64,000 nucleotides of DNA from the human T2T-CHM13v2.0 reference genome, Homo sapiens, in the NCBI RefSeq assembly GCF_009914755.1, contig NC_060927.1. One strand, given 5' to 3'. Under the pieces are notes generated by a model. The model was not told the origin of the DNA, did no database searches, and saw only the letters and a program-made list of their open reading frames with translations. Numbering within the stretch: position 1 is the first letter of the stretch; each line of letters opens with the position of its first letter. Positions 50,174 through 63,360 of the stretch are shown here, piece by piece. Made by a program: the position numbers and the translations under genes.

Positions 50174-50379
50174 TATTCCCTGGCAGTGCTAATTGATCCC
50201 ACAAGACATTATGTATGCCTCAATTTTATGTATCACTATATACTACCTTGTAGTCAAATCAATTGTAAAAATTATTACATACATGCTGTGAATCAGGCAT
50301 CTCTTCTGAGGCATTTCAGATCCTCTCAGCCTCACTTGTCCTTTGATCCAGTCATCACTGTTGTGTAAACTAACTCTGT

Positions 50380-50862
50380 GTGGACTCATACACACTCCAG
50401 CAAGTATAAACTGCCAGCACTCTATTGATGCCCATGTCAGCCCCTTTCTCCTCCTGCACTGGATCTTCCCTCTGGATAGTGAGGCAATAAAGACTGCAAC
50501 AATTCATTTGCGCCCGTACATGTACAATACAGAAGTATGAGCCGCTTCAGGCTATATGGGGCAAAACTCACCAATAGACGACAGAAATTGGTGAATAAAC
50601 TTTTCTATCCTTTTCCTCAAGTATAGACTGCTCTAAAAAGTGTTGGCTAGATGATCTTTAAAGAGACTATCTTGTGAGATTAAACAGTCATTCACATTTA
50701 GTAGCTGACAGTAGTGCAATCCATAGCAAATTCTTTTTTCCTTTTCCACATCCACATCCAGCTATCCCTTTTCCTTCTGTTCCCAGAAATTTTACTCGCT
50801 AATAAAAATGCATACAAGCTTTTACCATAGTCTTTGGTTTCTGGGAAACCCAGACTATGACA
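50380..50862 (+). mobile_element. ERVL LTR16-like solo LTR, degenerate
   Basis: tggggcaaaactcaccaat...aataaa...tttctgggaaacccagactatgaca terminus. Confidence 0.5.
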
Positions 50863-51755
50863 TAATACATACCTACTCTCAATTCTAGAATTAAAAAAAA
50901 AAATGAAGAAAATATAATTCTCACCCTGAAGGATAAAATTGGGGGAAAGAAGCATAAATTATTAGCCATAATTAAAGGTACCCTCTGAAATAATTGAACT
51001 AAGAATATAGTACTAAGGAAGCAGAAATGAAATGACATTAAATTCTGCTAGTTGACACAGGTTTGAAAGACTCAATACAAAAGATAACATTGAGTTAGCC
51101 TTCAAAGAATGAGAAGAATTATGCCAGATGGGTAACAGAGATGAAAAAGGGCAACAAAGACCAAGAAAGTAGCATGAGTGAAAGGAAAAGAGGTGGAAAA
51201 CTGTTTTATGGACACTAGCTATTTAATCATTTGTATTCCATATTTGATTATAAGTTCTTTGAAGAGAAGGAACAAATAATAGGAACGTGGTAAAATTGAT
51301 CCTTTTTTTCACTCACTGAGTAATAACTTGCCAAATTCCTGCTCCGTAGGTGAGTGTTGATTAGGTCTGAGTTCTTAGCTTACCTTTTACAAACTAAAGC
51401 TCCATGTGAATGTCCAAGTGTTATTTGCTATGCAATAGTAAATCAAAATCAATTTCTTTGTTATTTTGACAGCATTTTGTATTTGAGGGTGAAAACCAAT
51501 GTTGTGTACATATTGCATCTGTGCAAACCAGCCTCACAGTGACTGCTGTAAACATTTATGTGAACAAGAATTTATGTGCAATCCTCATGTGCAGATTCCC
51601 AGGGTTAGAGGAAATGATTAGAAGGATATGGAAGATTTTAGGAATAGAGAAAAGTGTCAAGACACAGAAATGTTTTTGTGCTCACATCTTACCACATTAG
51701 ATCTCTTGTAAATTTGTGGCTATATTTTTCTTACCATTCTAGGAAAATAAGACCT

Positions 51756-52156
51756 TGATATAGTTTGGATATTTGTCTCTGTTCAAATCTCATGTTGAAG
51801 TGTAATCTCCAATGCTAGAGGTGAGGCCTGATGGGAGGTGTTTAGATCATGGGGGTGGATTCCTCATAGCTTGGTACTGTCTTAATGATAGTGAGTGATT
51901 TTTCATACGATCTGGTCATTTAAAAGTGTGTGGCACCTCCCCCTCCATTCTCTCTCACTCCTGCTTTCACCATGTGAGATACCTGCTCCCCCTTTGCCTT
52001 CTGCCATGAGTAAAAGCTTCCTGAAGACTCCCCAGAAGCAAATGCTAATGTGTTTCCTATAAAGCCTACAGAATTGTGAGCCAGTTAAACCTCTTTTCCT
52101 ATAAATTACCCAGTCTCAGGTATTTCTTTATAGCAGTGCAAGAATGTCCTATTACA
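51756..52156 (+). mobile_element. MSTA-like ERVL-MaLR solo LTR
   Basis: tgatatagtttggat...ataaattacccagtctcaggtatttctttatagcagtg...aca; perfect TSD GACCT (51751-51755 / 52157-52161). Confidence 0.93.
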
Positions 52157-53017
52157 GACCTATTGTCTGTATTATCTGTATTGTCTGTGTTGATTTATAA
52201 AAATCATTTTAAACTTCATTAAAAACATTTGATAGCACTGTGGTAAATGATAGGGCAGAAAAGGCAAGTCCATTTCTTCTCCTTTGCCAACATAGTAAAT
52301 TAGTGGTGGCCGCTTTGAGCACAAGAGTGAGTGTGTTCAAGCCAAATCTAGGATCAGAATAAAAGCATTCTGTGATCAATAAGAAATGCCTGCTTCTGAT
52401 GAGGGAGGGGTGTTGGCATGCACTTGCCTTGCATTTGTTCTATCCTTGCTGTAGGAGTGCAGGATCAATGAAGACACTTGCCCTCTCGGAGCGCATTAGT
52501 TAGTGATGACACTTGCAGATAACTAACTAACATAGCTTAACAAGGTGGGACTGGAGCCAGAAGTTGGAAGGCTTCAGTCATTCAAACTTTGAGGGACAAG
52601 GCTGAAGACATTTCAAAAAGAGTCACTTTAATCTATTTTGTATCTAGTGCTTTCCCACATAGTTACATTTGAAAAACTGCACAGCATAAAAGTATGTGAA
52701 AACACTGACATCATCCAACCCCTCTAAAACTTAATTTTCCAAATTATTCATTCATTGTCACCATGGACAGACTCTGTAATATTGGTTCTGTTTTTATATG
52801 TGTGTATTTAACCTCCCCTAGGCGAATATGAACTCCCAGAGACAAGGGTCATAGTATCTGCTTCATTTCACCTTCCACCACACTGAGGAGAGTGTTTCTG
52901 AATGAATCAGTGAAGAACTAAGGGGATTTAAGCTTATTTACCCTTAATATATAGTTAGACAGTTTCAGTGGTATAAAAGTTCTGAAAACAGGGGTGGTTA
53001 AAAAAACTTCGATAATT

Positions 53018-54150
53018 AAAAACCCTAGAAGAAAACCTAGGCTTTACCATTCAGGACATAGGCATGGGCAAGGACTTCATGTCTAAAACACCAAAAGCAA
53101 TGGCAACAAAAGACAAAATTGACAAATGGGATCTAATTAAACTAAAGAGCTTCTGCACAGCAAAAGAAACTACCATCAGAGTGAACAGGCAACCTACAAA
53201 ATGGGAGAAAATTTCACAACCTACTCATCTGACAAAGGGCTAATATCCAGAATCTACAATGAACTCAAACAAATTTACAAGAAAAAAACAAACAACCCCA
53301 TCAAAAAGTGGGCGAAGGACATGAACAGACACTACTCAAAAGAAGACATTTATGCAGCCAAAAAACACATGAAAAAATGCTCATCATCACTGGCCATCAG
53401 AGAAATGCAAATCAAAACCACAATGAGATACCATCTCACACCAGTTAGAATGGCAATCATTAAAAAGTCAGGAAACAACAGGTGCTGGAGAGGATGTGGA
53501 GAAATAGGAACACTTTTACACTGTTGGTGGGACGGTAAACTAGTTCAACCATTGTGGAAGTCAGTGTGGCGATTCCTCAGGGATCTAGAACTGGAAGTAC
53601 CATTTGACCCAGCCATTCCATTACTGGGTGTATACCCAAAGGACTATAAATCATGCTGCTATAAAGACACATGCACACGTATGTTTATTGAGGCATTATT
53701 CACAATAGCAAAGACTTGGAACCAACCCAAATGTCCAACAATGATAGACTGGATTAAGAAAATGTGGCACATATACACCGTGGAATACTATGCAGCCATA
53801 AAAAAGGATGAGTTCATGTCCTTTGTAGGGACATGGATGAAATTGGAAATCATCATTGTCAGTAAACTATCGCAAGGACAAAAAACCAAACACCGCATAT
53901 TCTCACTCATAGGTGAGAATTGAACAATGAGATCACATGGACACAGGAAGGGGAATATCACACTCTGGGGACTGTTGTGGGGTGGGGGGAGGGGGGAGGG
54001 ATAGCATTGGGAGATATACCTAATGCTAGATGACGAGTTGGTGGGTGCAGCGCACCAGCATGTCACATGTATACATATGTAACTAACCTGCACAATGTGC
54101 ACATGTACCCTCAAACTTTAATAAAAAATAAAAAATAAATAAAAATAAAA
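53018..54150 (+). mobile_element. L1PA2-like LINE-1, 5'-truncated (~1.1 kb)
   Basis: Open ORF2p C-terminus (53201..53923, CWRGC...HCWW); 3'UTR with gatgacGAGtt (not ACA/ACG); TSD aaaaaaacttc(g/a)ataattaa at 53000-53019 / 54149-54168; TT|AAAA target. Confidence 0.95.
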
Positions 54151-54820
54151 AAAAACTTCAATAATTAATTCTGTTTCAATCTCAAAGACACCTCATGTTA
54201 GCATTCAGTGACTCCCTTACCTAATATTCACTTGAACGGCAGTATTTTCAAGGGCCATTCAACGACAGAGAGTGAAATTCATTGAATTTCACCTGCAAGG
54301 CTAATAAAATCATGGAATATTGTGCTTATAGAGAGACAGTGAAAGGCATGGGTAATTTAAAACAACAACAAAAAGCTCATTTGCCTTGACAGCAGGCAGA
54401 CGAATCATCTAGCCTGGCTGCTTAGCGTTCAGGTTCACTTTGCCGGGGTCACCCAAGTGGCTTCCTACTCTTTGTTCTATGTGGAGGCTGCTCGGCCATG
54501 CTGTGCCTTCTGGCTGGGCAGACAGAATGCTTTCAATTTAGACCATGGAGCTCCCAGCTCAGGAAGAAGCAAAAATTTGGTCAAACCCAATAGACAAATG
54601 ATTGCTTTTAGTTTGATTCCAAATGAGAATCAGTGCAGTGTGGCCGCTGATGAAGAGGGACTGCAGAAGGTAGAAATAAATTGATAAGATAACTACATAA
54701 TTTTGCAGTCATTTGGCACCTGGCCAAGCTAGCAGGGGTCCCACAATAAATCGCAGTTGTAAGACTGAGACTGCTGGGAAGGCATGTAACAATTAGCATT
54801 TTCACTCAAGCTAAATGAAG

Positions 54821-54890
54821 TCTTCCTTTCCTTTCCTTTCCTTTCCCTTCCCTTCCCTTCCCTTCCCTTCCCTTCCCATTCCTTCCTTTC
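54821..54890 (+). repeat. (CCTTT)n/(CCCTT)n polypyrimidine microsatellite
   Basis: Direct reading of the sequence. Confidence 0.95.
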
Positions 54891-55456
54891 ATTATTTTTA
54901 CGTTTTCTATCCCTCTTTTGCTGCTCAATTTCCACATGCAGCACGGCATTTTCACGAATACCTAGAACAGCCTACGTGAATGACTCCATTTAAAAATGTA
55001 AAATGTTTTTCACAGTAACCTTCACTAATACATCAGTCCTAAAGACTTCATAATGAAGAAATGTATCTGTGTGAGACAGGCATGTGATGTGCCTTTTGAA
55101 TTCCCAAAGCTTTGATAAAAGAGGAATACATAGAAAACTTTATCAGGTTTGTAGGTTCTGACTTGAAAAATAAAGCAAAATAAATTAAATCTACCACTTT
55201 ATTTTTGCTAGCTTATTGTTACTGAGTTGATAAATTATTCCTTCATAATTGGAGAGTTGTTCCCCCATCCAATTAGGAGAGTTAAGTGAAAATAGCTGTC
55301 TTGCAACGAAAAGGTAGATTATTCATCACAAATTATATCCTCAATAGGAGAGTTGGAGCGATAGATGAGCAAGTGTGAACGTATGTAATTACAAGAGGTT
55401 TTGGAGGAGAGAGTCGGCAAGAAATATATCTGCTGATCTCATCAGCAAACAGATTT

Positions 55457-55860
55457 TGGTAGATTGATAGATTAAATTCATGGCTCAATTTCTTCTCCCC
55501 TCCAAAACCCATGCAGCGTCCATGCTTTTTGCAATGTAATTTGCAGTTCCTCCTATTTCTTACTTACAAAATGTACTTTGGCTACTTAGATGTTAGCAGA
55601 CTCCATGAAAGCAAAGGTTTGTAATACGTTTATATGGCTAATCTTGCTCTCTTCTGCCTTCGCAATTACCGTGAAAAATGTGCGCCCTTGGTATGTTGCT
55701 GGTCTAAGGACCTGGGGCTAAACTGCGGCTTGCACCCAAGCCCAGAATGGATCAACCAATCAATAGCTGATCTTCACATATATGAGTGATAATAAAGGAC
55801 TGATGTTTTAAATGATTAAGTTTTGGAGTGGATTTTACATAGCAATAGCTGACTAATACA
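55457..55860 (+). mobile_element. MLT1H/F-like ERVL-MaLR LTR
   Basis: atggctcaatttcttctcccctcc...gcaatgtaatttgcagttcctcc; 3' aagttttggagtgg...agcaatagctgactaataca. Confidence 0.65.
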
Positions 55861-56480
55861 TAGGCAGCATTTGGAAATAGGAGGAAAATTAGTTCAGGCA
55901 GGGTAAAACTATAAAAAGCTAAACAAGGATCAGGAAAATTACAGGATAAAGCCGGCACCAATATGTTACAGTCCATTTGGTTGAGAGCATTCCCTATCCT
56001 CAGTCTGCATAAAAATAAGGATTAAAGTAAAGAGGAGAAAGGAGGACATAGTGGAAGGTGCCTGTTGGGAAGTTCAGATAAATGTAAGTTTTTATTTATC
56101 AGCCTCTCCCTCTTTTGATGTCACCATGAAATCACCACCTTTTTTGCACATTATTACTAATAATACTTAGAGACTTTATATATTCTATTTAATCCTTACC
56201 ATAATCTGGTGTTTTATCTTAATTTTACAAATTGAAAACTCAAATTTGGAGAAGACATGTAAATAGAAGGTGTCAACGACTATAATTTCTATTTTTTTTA
56301 ATGTACTGATCTTTATTTTCTTTTTTTTGTTGTTGTATTTTGTTCTGCTGTTCTGTGTTCTGCACCAATCTATGCCATCCCATACTGGTCTATATACTAA
56401 TCTTATTGACACTCTTCTTAAATTTTTTAAACTTTTAAAACATTTTTTTGCATTGTACCCAGAAACTTTTGGCATTTGTC

Positions 56481-56578
56481 TATAATATATATGTATGTGA
56501 TTTATATATATATATAAAATATATATATAATATATATGAATAAATATATATAATATATAAATAAATATATATATATAT
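56481..56578 (+). repeat. (TA)n-rich low-complexity tract
   Basis: Direct reading of the sequence. Confidence 0.95.
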
Positions 56579-57346
56579 TTAGCTAGGTTACTGTGTCTTG
56601 TGTAGACATGGTATGAGAAGAAGATAGAATGCCTCTGTCAGTCATCTAATGACCAACTCTAACCATATTTTAATTAAAAATCACATATGGTTATTCTTCT
56701 ACCTGCTACACTGATAAATAATTTATCTAAGGTGGTGAGAACTTCTGAAGTTCAGATAGATTCATTTAATTAAAATAAGTGTTTAAAATGGCAAAGCTTA
56801 TGAGACAATGCTTAAAAGCATAGTTTGAGTTTTCTAATGAAATCTCCCTACTTCTTATTAAAACGCTAGTGAATCTATGCATGAGCACATACACACAAAA
56901 ATGCAAAACAAACAGAAAAAAATTACAATTTCATTCTAATTGCTAAAATATTGGAAGAATTACTAGAGAGCTCAGCTATAATGGAACTGCATTTAGACAT
57001 TAAACAGTGCTACTGACAAGAAGGACTAAGGGGGAAAGAATTGGTCTTTCAGGGCAATCTCTCTGTTGCTTTCACTCTTGTTTTCATTTTCTGTTTCTCT
57101 CTGACTCAAACACAGAAGACCTATAACAAATTGAACATTAGGCAGATCTCCCGTGATGGGCTATGATGTTTTCCCAAGGAGCCCAGAATCCTATCTCATT
57201 CTTCTTCTCCTACCACTTGTGAGGGGATGAGAAAGGAAAGTGGTGTGTCATCCTAAAATGTAATATTCCCTACTTGTGAGAGCTATTTAAGTCATAGAGC
57301 AGTACATTTCAAAACTATTTGTACTTCTGGTTAAGAAGAAATAAAG

Positions 57347-57620
57347 ACTTGGGAGGCTGAGGCAGGAGGATTGTTTGAAGCCAGGAGATCGAGACCAGCC
57401 TGGGCAACAAAGCGATACCCTATCTCTATTTTATTTTATTTTTAATTAGCTGAAAGTAGTGGTGTGTGCCTGTAATCCCACCTGCTCAGGAGGCTGAGGG
57501 GAGAGGATCCCTTGAGCCCAGCAATTCAAGGCTGCAGTGAGCTTTGATGGCACCACTGCACTCCAGCCTGGGCAACAGAGTGAGACTCTGTCTTGAAAAT
57601 AAATAAATAAATAAAATAAA
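57347..57620 (+). mobile_element. AluJ (AluJo-like), 5'-truncated
   Basis: Starts at ttgggaggctgagg; caattcaaggctgcagtgagct; TSD aaataaagac (57339-57348 / 57614-57623). Confidence 0.9.
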
Positions 57621-57689
57621 GACAACTTCATATGAGTGACACTAGCATATTAATGTCATTATCAAAAAGAGCCAAGAAAGAGTGCTGTT

Positions 57690-58127
57690 TTGCGGCATCC
57701 TAATAGTCTCTTAACCTGCAGTATGTTCTGGATCCACTGAGGTTTTTGAGCCAAGGCTAGGCCGTTTCTCTAAGCAATATCAGTCAATGACCGCAGGAGT
57801 ATCCGATCCTGTGGGAGTACTAGGCCCACATCTGTCCAATGTGGGAATCCTCTATAGGCAATCTTTGCACTGGAGCTTCCCATTGGGTTGGCTGGGACTT
57901 TCTCAGAGCTTTGCTGCAGTATGGGGCCTTTCCTAGCGAAAACTCTGTGTTCTTCCCCCTCCCTTTCACAGGTCTCAGACCTATGGACTGAAGGTGCTCT
58001 CTGCCTAATTCTGCTTCTTTCCCCCTTTGGATTTCATGGCATTTCTCCTAATTCTGACTATTTCTCCTAATTCTCCTATTTCTAACTCCATCTTGGTGCC
58101 TGCTTCCCAAAAAGCTCAACTAATACA
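57690..58127 (+). mobile_element. ERVL LTR40-like LTR
   Basis: cccattgggttggctgggactttctcagagct...ccctttcacaggtctcagacc...catcttggtgcctgcttcc...aactaataca. Confidence 0.5.
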
Positions 58128-59043
58128 AGGAAGATCTAAGAATCTAGAACTGGAGAGAAAGGACTAGGCTGGAGATCCTGGTTTGATATTTTCAGCCCTT
58201 AGGAGGGGGTTGTAGTCATGACCAAGAATGATATCTATAGATTATGTGTGAGGTCCTTCTTCCACATAGCACCTATTGCACATTTAAGTTAAAGGTCTAG
58301 GACTACCCAACTTCACACTATGTACAGATAGATCTAGCTAGTCTCACTTCATCCTTCTTATTGTTACTTTTAGTCCTTGAGTAAAAGGCTTCCTTCAAAC
58401 TCTGTAAACAAATAGACACCATTAGAGTTTGGGTCAATAATTTTATGCCCAATATAAGAAAAAAATACACAGCTACCCCTTAGAGAATGGTATCTAATTA
58501 AGGCTGTTTCTTAGTTGTTGATGAAGCATATTACCCATCTGTGGGTGATGTGGAGAAAATGTGACAATTGGGGAATTGGCCTTGCCACCAGCTAATTGTA
58601 GGGCCAAGAACAATCGTTCATCCCATAGCATTGATGGGGTAGATCCTTCCCCCAGTTGGAGGGCTCAGCCTCTCTCATCTGAACTTTCCACTGAATGAAC
58701 TATACACAGAAGAGCCAGTTTCATTACAACTCTTAGTGCTCTGTTTCTCCATTTGTCCCTCTTGTCTCTATCCAGCCTCCCTTGATGGGTCCCACATCTT
58801 TCATATTGATTCCATTTTCAGAATTTCAGTTAGAAAAGTTCTTTTCCCATTTTAGCTCAAGAGTTCATAATAGGACTTGATTGTGTCATCTTATTTCTGT
58901 AATTTTATTAGGTTCAGAACAACTTTTGGGGGCATTTTGTCACATCTTTTACATGTACTCCCCGTTCAAGCCTTAATGTTGAAGTAAAGTGCTCTAAAGA
59001 AGAGAGTGTCCTGCAGCAGATTAGAATAATTTAAACTCTAAAG

Positions 59044-59241
59044 CAGAGTTTGGCAAACTTCTTTTCCAAAGAGCAAGATAGTAAATATTTTACACTTTGT
59101 GGATCCTGTGGTTTCTGTTACAACTACCAGCTCTACCATTAAAGAGCAAAAGCAGTCATAGAGAAGGCACAATTGAACTTTATTTTTAAAAACATGTGGT
59201 AGACAAGATTTCGCCCATGGACTGTAGTTTGCCAACCTCTG
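59044..59241. mobile_element. MER58A hAT-Charlie MITE
   Basis: 16-bp TIRs cagagtttggcaaact / agtttgccaacctctg; 8-bp TSD ctctaaag / gcctaaag. Confidence 0.9.
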
Positions 59242-60204
59242 GCCTAAAGCACAACCCAATACTTTTTAAATCCTTTAAAACAGAAAGCAAAAACATTTAC
59301 AACATTTACATTGTAAATATATATGTGAAAAGTTATGTAATAAGCAATGAATTTTCTAGCAACAATTTTTTGGTCGTCTCAAATTTCTATTTATCTGACT
59401 ATAAATTTATGCATCATATTTTTATACTTTTACTTTTAATGAATTAAAATTGTCATTGTTGAGTGCAGGCTGCTATAAAATAAAACTTAGAATGCTTGAA
59501 TTTCATGAAGCAATCCATTAGTTCTTGTCATTATGACCTCGTAAAAGTAGAAAATATTTTGAAAGCTGAATCAGTTTCCAGTTTATATTCATATGTACTT
59601 GTTTGCATTTTACAATTTTTTTTCCATCTTTTTTTATTAGTTTGAAAGCAAGGCCTATTTAAATTCTGGAGCTTTTCTCGGAAATTTCACAGTCCTCATT
59701 CCATGATGAAGGTGGTGACTAGTTGCCAGGGAGATGATTACCAAAGCTTCATTGAGGTTTGTGATTTCTGGTGGGAAATGAGCAGCAAGAACAAGTAAAT
59801 TTTTTACGGCATTTTTAAATTTCAAAGCTAACCTTTAAATTGACCCTGTCATATTATCACCGGGACTATGTAGTTTTAATTACTTCTACTGGTTATAAGT
59901 TGTTGGATATTAATACTGAAGCTGAGCTGTCTGGAACACAAAATTAGATATACCCGTAGGCCATATCCTGTATTCAAACCTGTGTTCTCTCTCTGGGGAG
60001 AAAGAACTAGAAGAATGGCTTCTCAAGGTTTCTGAATGTTGTTAGGTTTCTTTGTAAATGAGAGATAGAAAATATAAATTTATGAGTTTTTGCCTCCTGA
60101 CACATTTGCATTGGCAATTTTTAGGGTAGACTAGTGGGAAGAAAGTTGGATTGGTAATTGAAATTAGACTCAAGTTCTGATTGTGTTACATATCTCATTA
60201 GACT

Positions 60205-60381
60205 AAAGTTGTCAGATTTAGCAAATAAAAATATGGGATGCACAATTATATTTTTATTTCAGATAAACAATGAATACTGTTTTAGTATATGTATGTCCCA
60301 TGCAATATTATACTAGAAATTATTCATTGTTTAACTAAAATTAAATTTTAACTGAGCATTCTGTATTTTATGTGGCAGCCT
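60205..60381. mobile_element. MER53 palindromic MITE
   Basis: gttgtcagatttagcaaataaaaata...ttcagataaacaatgaata...tattcattgtttaactaaaattaaatttta...ctgtattttatgtggcagcc. Confidence 0.85.
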
Positions 60382-60479
60382 TTCCTTAGAGAAATCACAT
60401 ACATAATCTTTCTGAGCTTCCCAGTATTTTCACATTAGATTAGTTTTAATCTAAATACTTTTAGCTTTAATAGGATTTT

Positions 60480-60810
60480 CAAGGTTAGGAAAGGTTAACT
60501 GCTATAACAAGTGATCCTCAATTCTTAGTGACTTAATACAACTTGAGGTGTTTTTCTTGCTCACATCTCAGCCAATGGGGTTCAGTGAGCTGTCTTCCAC
60601 ATGGCAGCTTAAGGACACAGGCTCCTTTGTACAGCTTCATCATGTTTAAAATATGGTCTCAATAAAATTAAATGGTAAAATACACCCCTCCCATTGGTGA
60701 AAACCTGTCATGGTTACTACCTAGACTTAAGGTGCTGGTGAATGTTAAATTAACCATAGTCCTACAAAGAAGAAATGGCTTTTGTGCATCTCTAGCCAAT
60801 TTTCACCACA
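60480..60810 (-). mobile_element. Old MLT1 (K/L-like) LTR fragment
   Basis: gctataacaagtgatcctcaattcttagtgacttaatacaac...tttttcttgctcacat. Confidence 0.5.
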
Positions 60811-60829
60811 TGTGTTACTTTTGCTCATC

Positions 60830-62310
60830 TACTCACATTCATATGTCTGGCACTACTTTAGGCACTGGAGATAAAGTAGTGAACAAACTGGATAACTTTC
60901 TTTGGAAAGTTTTGTTCTAGTTGGAAGAGATAGGAAAAAACAAACAAAAAATAACTATATATCAGGTACTATGAAGAACAATACAGCAGTATACAGGGAA
61001 AGAGAGCTAATGGGAAGTGTATTAGACAGAGTTGTTGGGATCTTTGTGACAAGCTAATATCTGAGCAAAAGGAAATGGGCATGTCTGTAGAAAGAGCTTT
61101 CCATGCAGAAGAGGCAGCAAGTACAAGCCCTAGGGCAAGAATGCACTTGGTGTGCAGAACATTTAGAAGGCTGAGGTGGCCAGAGCACAGTGAGCAAGGC
61201 TGGGAGTGGTAGGAGAGTAGGTCAGAGACAGGCCATTGTAAGGATTGTGGGTTTTACTCTGAGATTTGAAGCCATTGAAGTGTTTTGAGCAGAACAGTGA
61301 TATAAGAACAAGAAATCTTAAAAGTCAGTCATTTAAAACTTGTATTACTTTGTTGAGTATATACTGCAGAGTTTATGTTAAACTATCTAGGGCAAGGCTG
61401 TAGCAAAAGATCAGTCATGACGCTGTTATAATATTCCAGGTGACAGGTGATGCACCTGAATAGACATAGTGAAGTTGGTAGGAAGTGGATGCATTTTGAA
61501 TACATTTCAGAGATAGAGAAGAGATTTGCTTAAGGTGTCATGTAACACAAAATGAAGAGGCAAAGCTTATACTGAAGTTGCAGGCATGATCCACTGGAAG
61601 AATAGACTGACATTTACTAACATAAGTCTATGGGAGGAACTAGTATAGGGGTATTAGAGATCAGGCGGGTTCAATTTTGATAAAGTTAAATTTAATGTGC
61701 CTTCAATAAGTTAAAATAGCCATTGAATGAGTTAGATTAGTTATCCAAGTGGAGAATTATATCCAGGATTCATTAGAGAGATTGAGGCTACAGGTGCAAT
61801 AGAGTCATCATGGTACCAATGGCATTCAAGCCTTGAGATTGGAGATGATCACCAATGATTGTGGACAGAAAAATGAAGAGGTCCAAGGACAGAGCCTTGG
61901 AACACCCCAACATTAAGCTGTCAAAGAGAAGAAAAAAAAATCAGCCAAAAAAATATTGAGAATGTGTAGCCAAAGAGCAAAAAACTATTAGGAATATGTA
62001 CGCAGAGAGGTAATTCAAGGAAAGATTCAATTAAAAAGCCAATGGAATCAAAACTTCAAATGCAACTGCTTGGTTAAATTATTTAATTCAAATTAAATAA
62101 TTTTATTTAATCCAAATTAAAGTATTAGATTAAGCAAATTGAACATCTTTGGGGACATTTAAAGATGGAGAGATGGAGATGAAAGCTTAAGTAAAGTTAG
62201 GCCAACTTCCAGCCACTTGAACTAACTGAAGTTGGTTCAATATAGAATGGGAGGAAAGTAGAGGCACAGGTACAGATGATTCTGAACAGTTTCGCAGTAA
62301 AATAGAGCAG
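60830..62310 (-). mobile_element. L2 (L2a-like) LINE, long fragment
   Basis: ggcactactttaggcactggagataaagtagtgaacaa; ggccattgtaaggattgtgggttttactctgag; gaggtccaaggacagagccttggaacacccca. Confidence 0.75.
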
Positions 62311-62854
62311 ATAATTTATTACTTCTTTAAAGTAAATCTAAATTAGTCCCCAATTTGCTTTCACTAATCCCATAATCATTTACTGCATGTCAGTTACATA
62401 AAAGGCATGACACCAGGTGCGATAGATACAAAGATAACTATGACATGCTGCAAGCTTGCTGCACTCATGATTAGGGAGAAAGAGGTGCAAACAAGAGATT
62501 ACAGGTCAGTGTGGAATGTGTTAATGAAGGTCCAATTAGAGTGCTATGGTAGTGTGCTGAAAAATGGCAGTGACTCAGCCTTGGCTGGTCAGGGAACAAT
62601 TGTTTAAAAGATACCTTTAAAAGATAATTGGGCTTCAGCAGATGGTTAAAGACCTAAGGATGTTCCTAGTGAGAGATATGGCATATGCAAAGTCTGGAGA
62701 GCATCCATCTCTAATTCTGTTGGATTTATAAATCTTTCCCCACATTCTATTGAAGTCGAGCTCCAGATACATTCTTCAGTGTTTGGAAGTCCTCCTCATC
62801 TTCCCACATGACTCCTCTAGTCCCTACACTTATATGCAACCCACAACATGCTTC

Positions 62855-63036
62855 GTTATTGCCATTCAAAGTATGGTCCTCATAACAGCAGCATCACATG
62901 TGAACATTTTAGAAATACAAATCCTTGGCTCCCATCCCACACCTACCGAATCAGAGTCTCTGGCTGTGGTACCTAGGAACCTATATTTTAACAAATCCTT
63001 CAGGTAGTTCTGATGCAGCTAAAGTTTCAGAAGCAA
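62855..63036. mobile_element. MER5A hAT-Charlie MITE
   Basis: caaagtatggtcc...gcagcatcac...tagaaatacaaat...gaatcagagtctct...ttttaacaaatccttcaggtagttctgatgcagctaaagttt. Confidence 0.85.
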
Positions 63037-63360
63037 CTTGTCCAGGTGCCTACAGATTTCTTCTTTTTTAAAAATTTTGCCCTTCTTAGCATTCAGAGGA
63101 AATGCTCATAATTAGGGTTACATGTTCACTAATTTAGTCTTTCCCTATCTACTGATAAAAAGTTATTTTGTTCTGAGTTCCAACATGCCATTAGCAGACG
63201 CTTCCATGAAAATAATCAAGTAAGTAACCACAAATTCCTAAAGTGTTGTTCTTTAGGGAGTACTTGCATTTTAGCCAAATTTTGAAAGGACATTTCTGCT
63301 GAAGAAAGCTGAAGTGAGAGATATTTGCCTGTGTATATATCTAGAAAAAACTTTTTTAAA

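Noticed and set aside
53201-53923. 240-aa ORF as a functional gene
   Set aside because: It is the promoterless C-terminal end of L1 ORF2p and is open only because the insertion is young.
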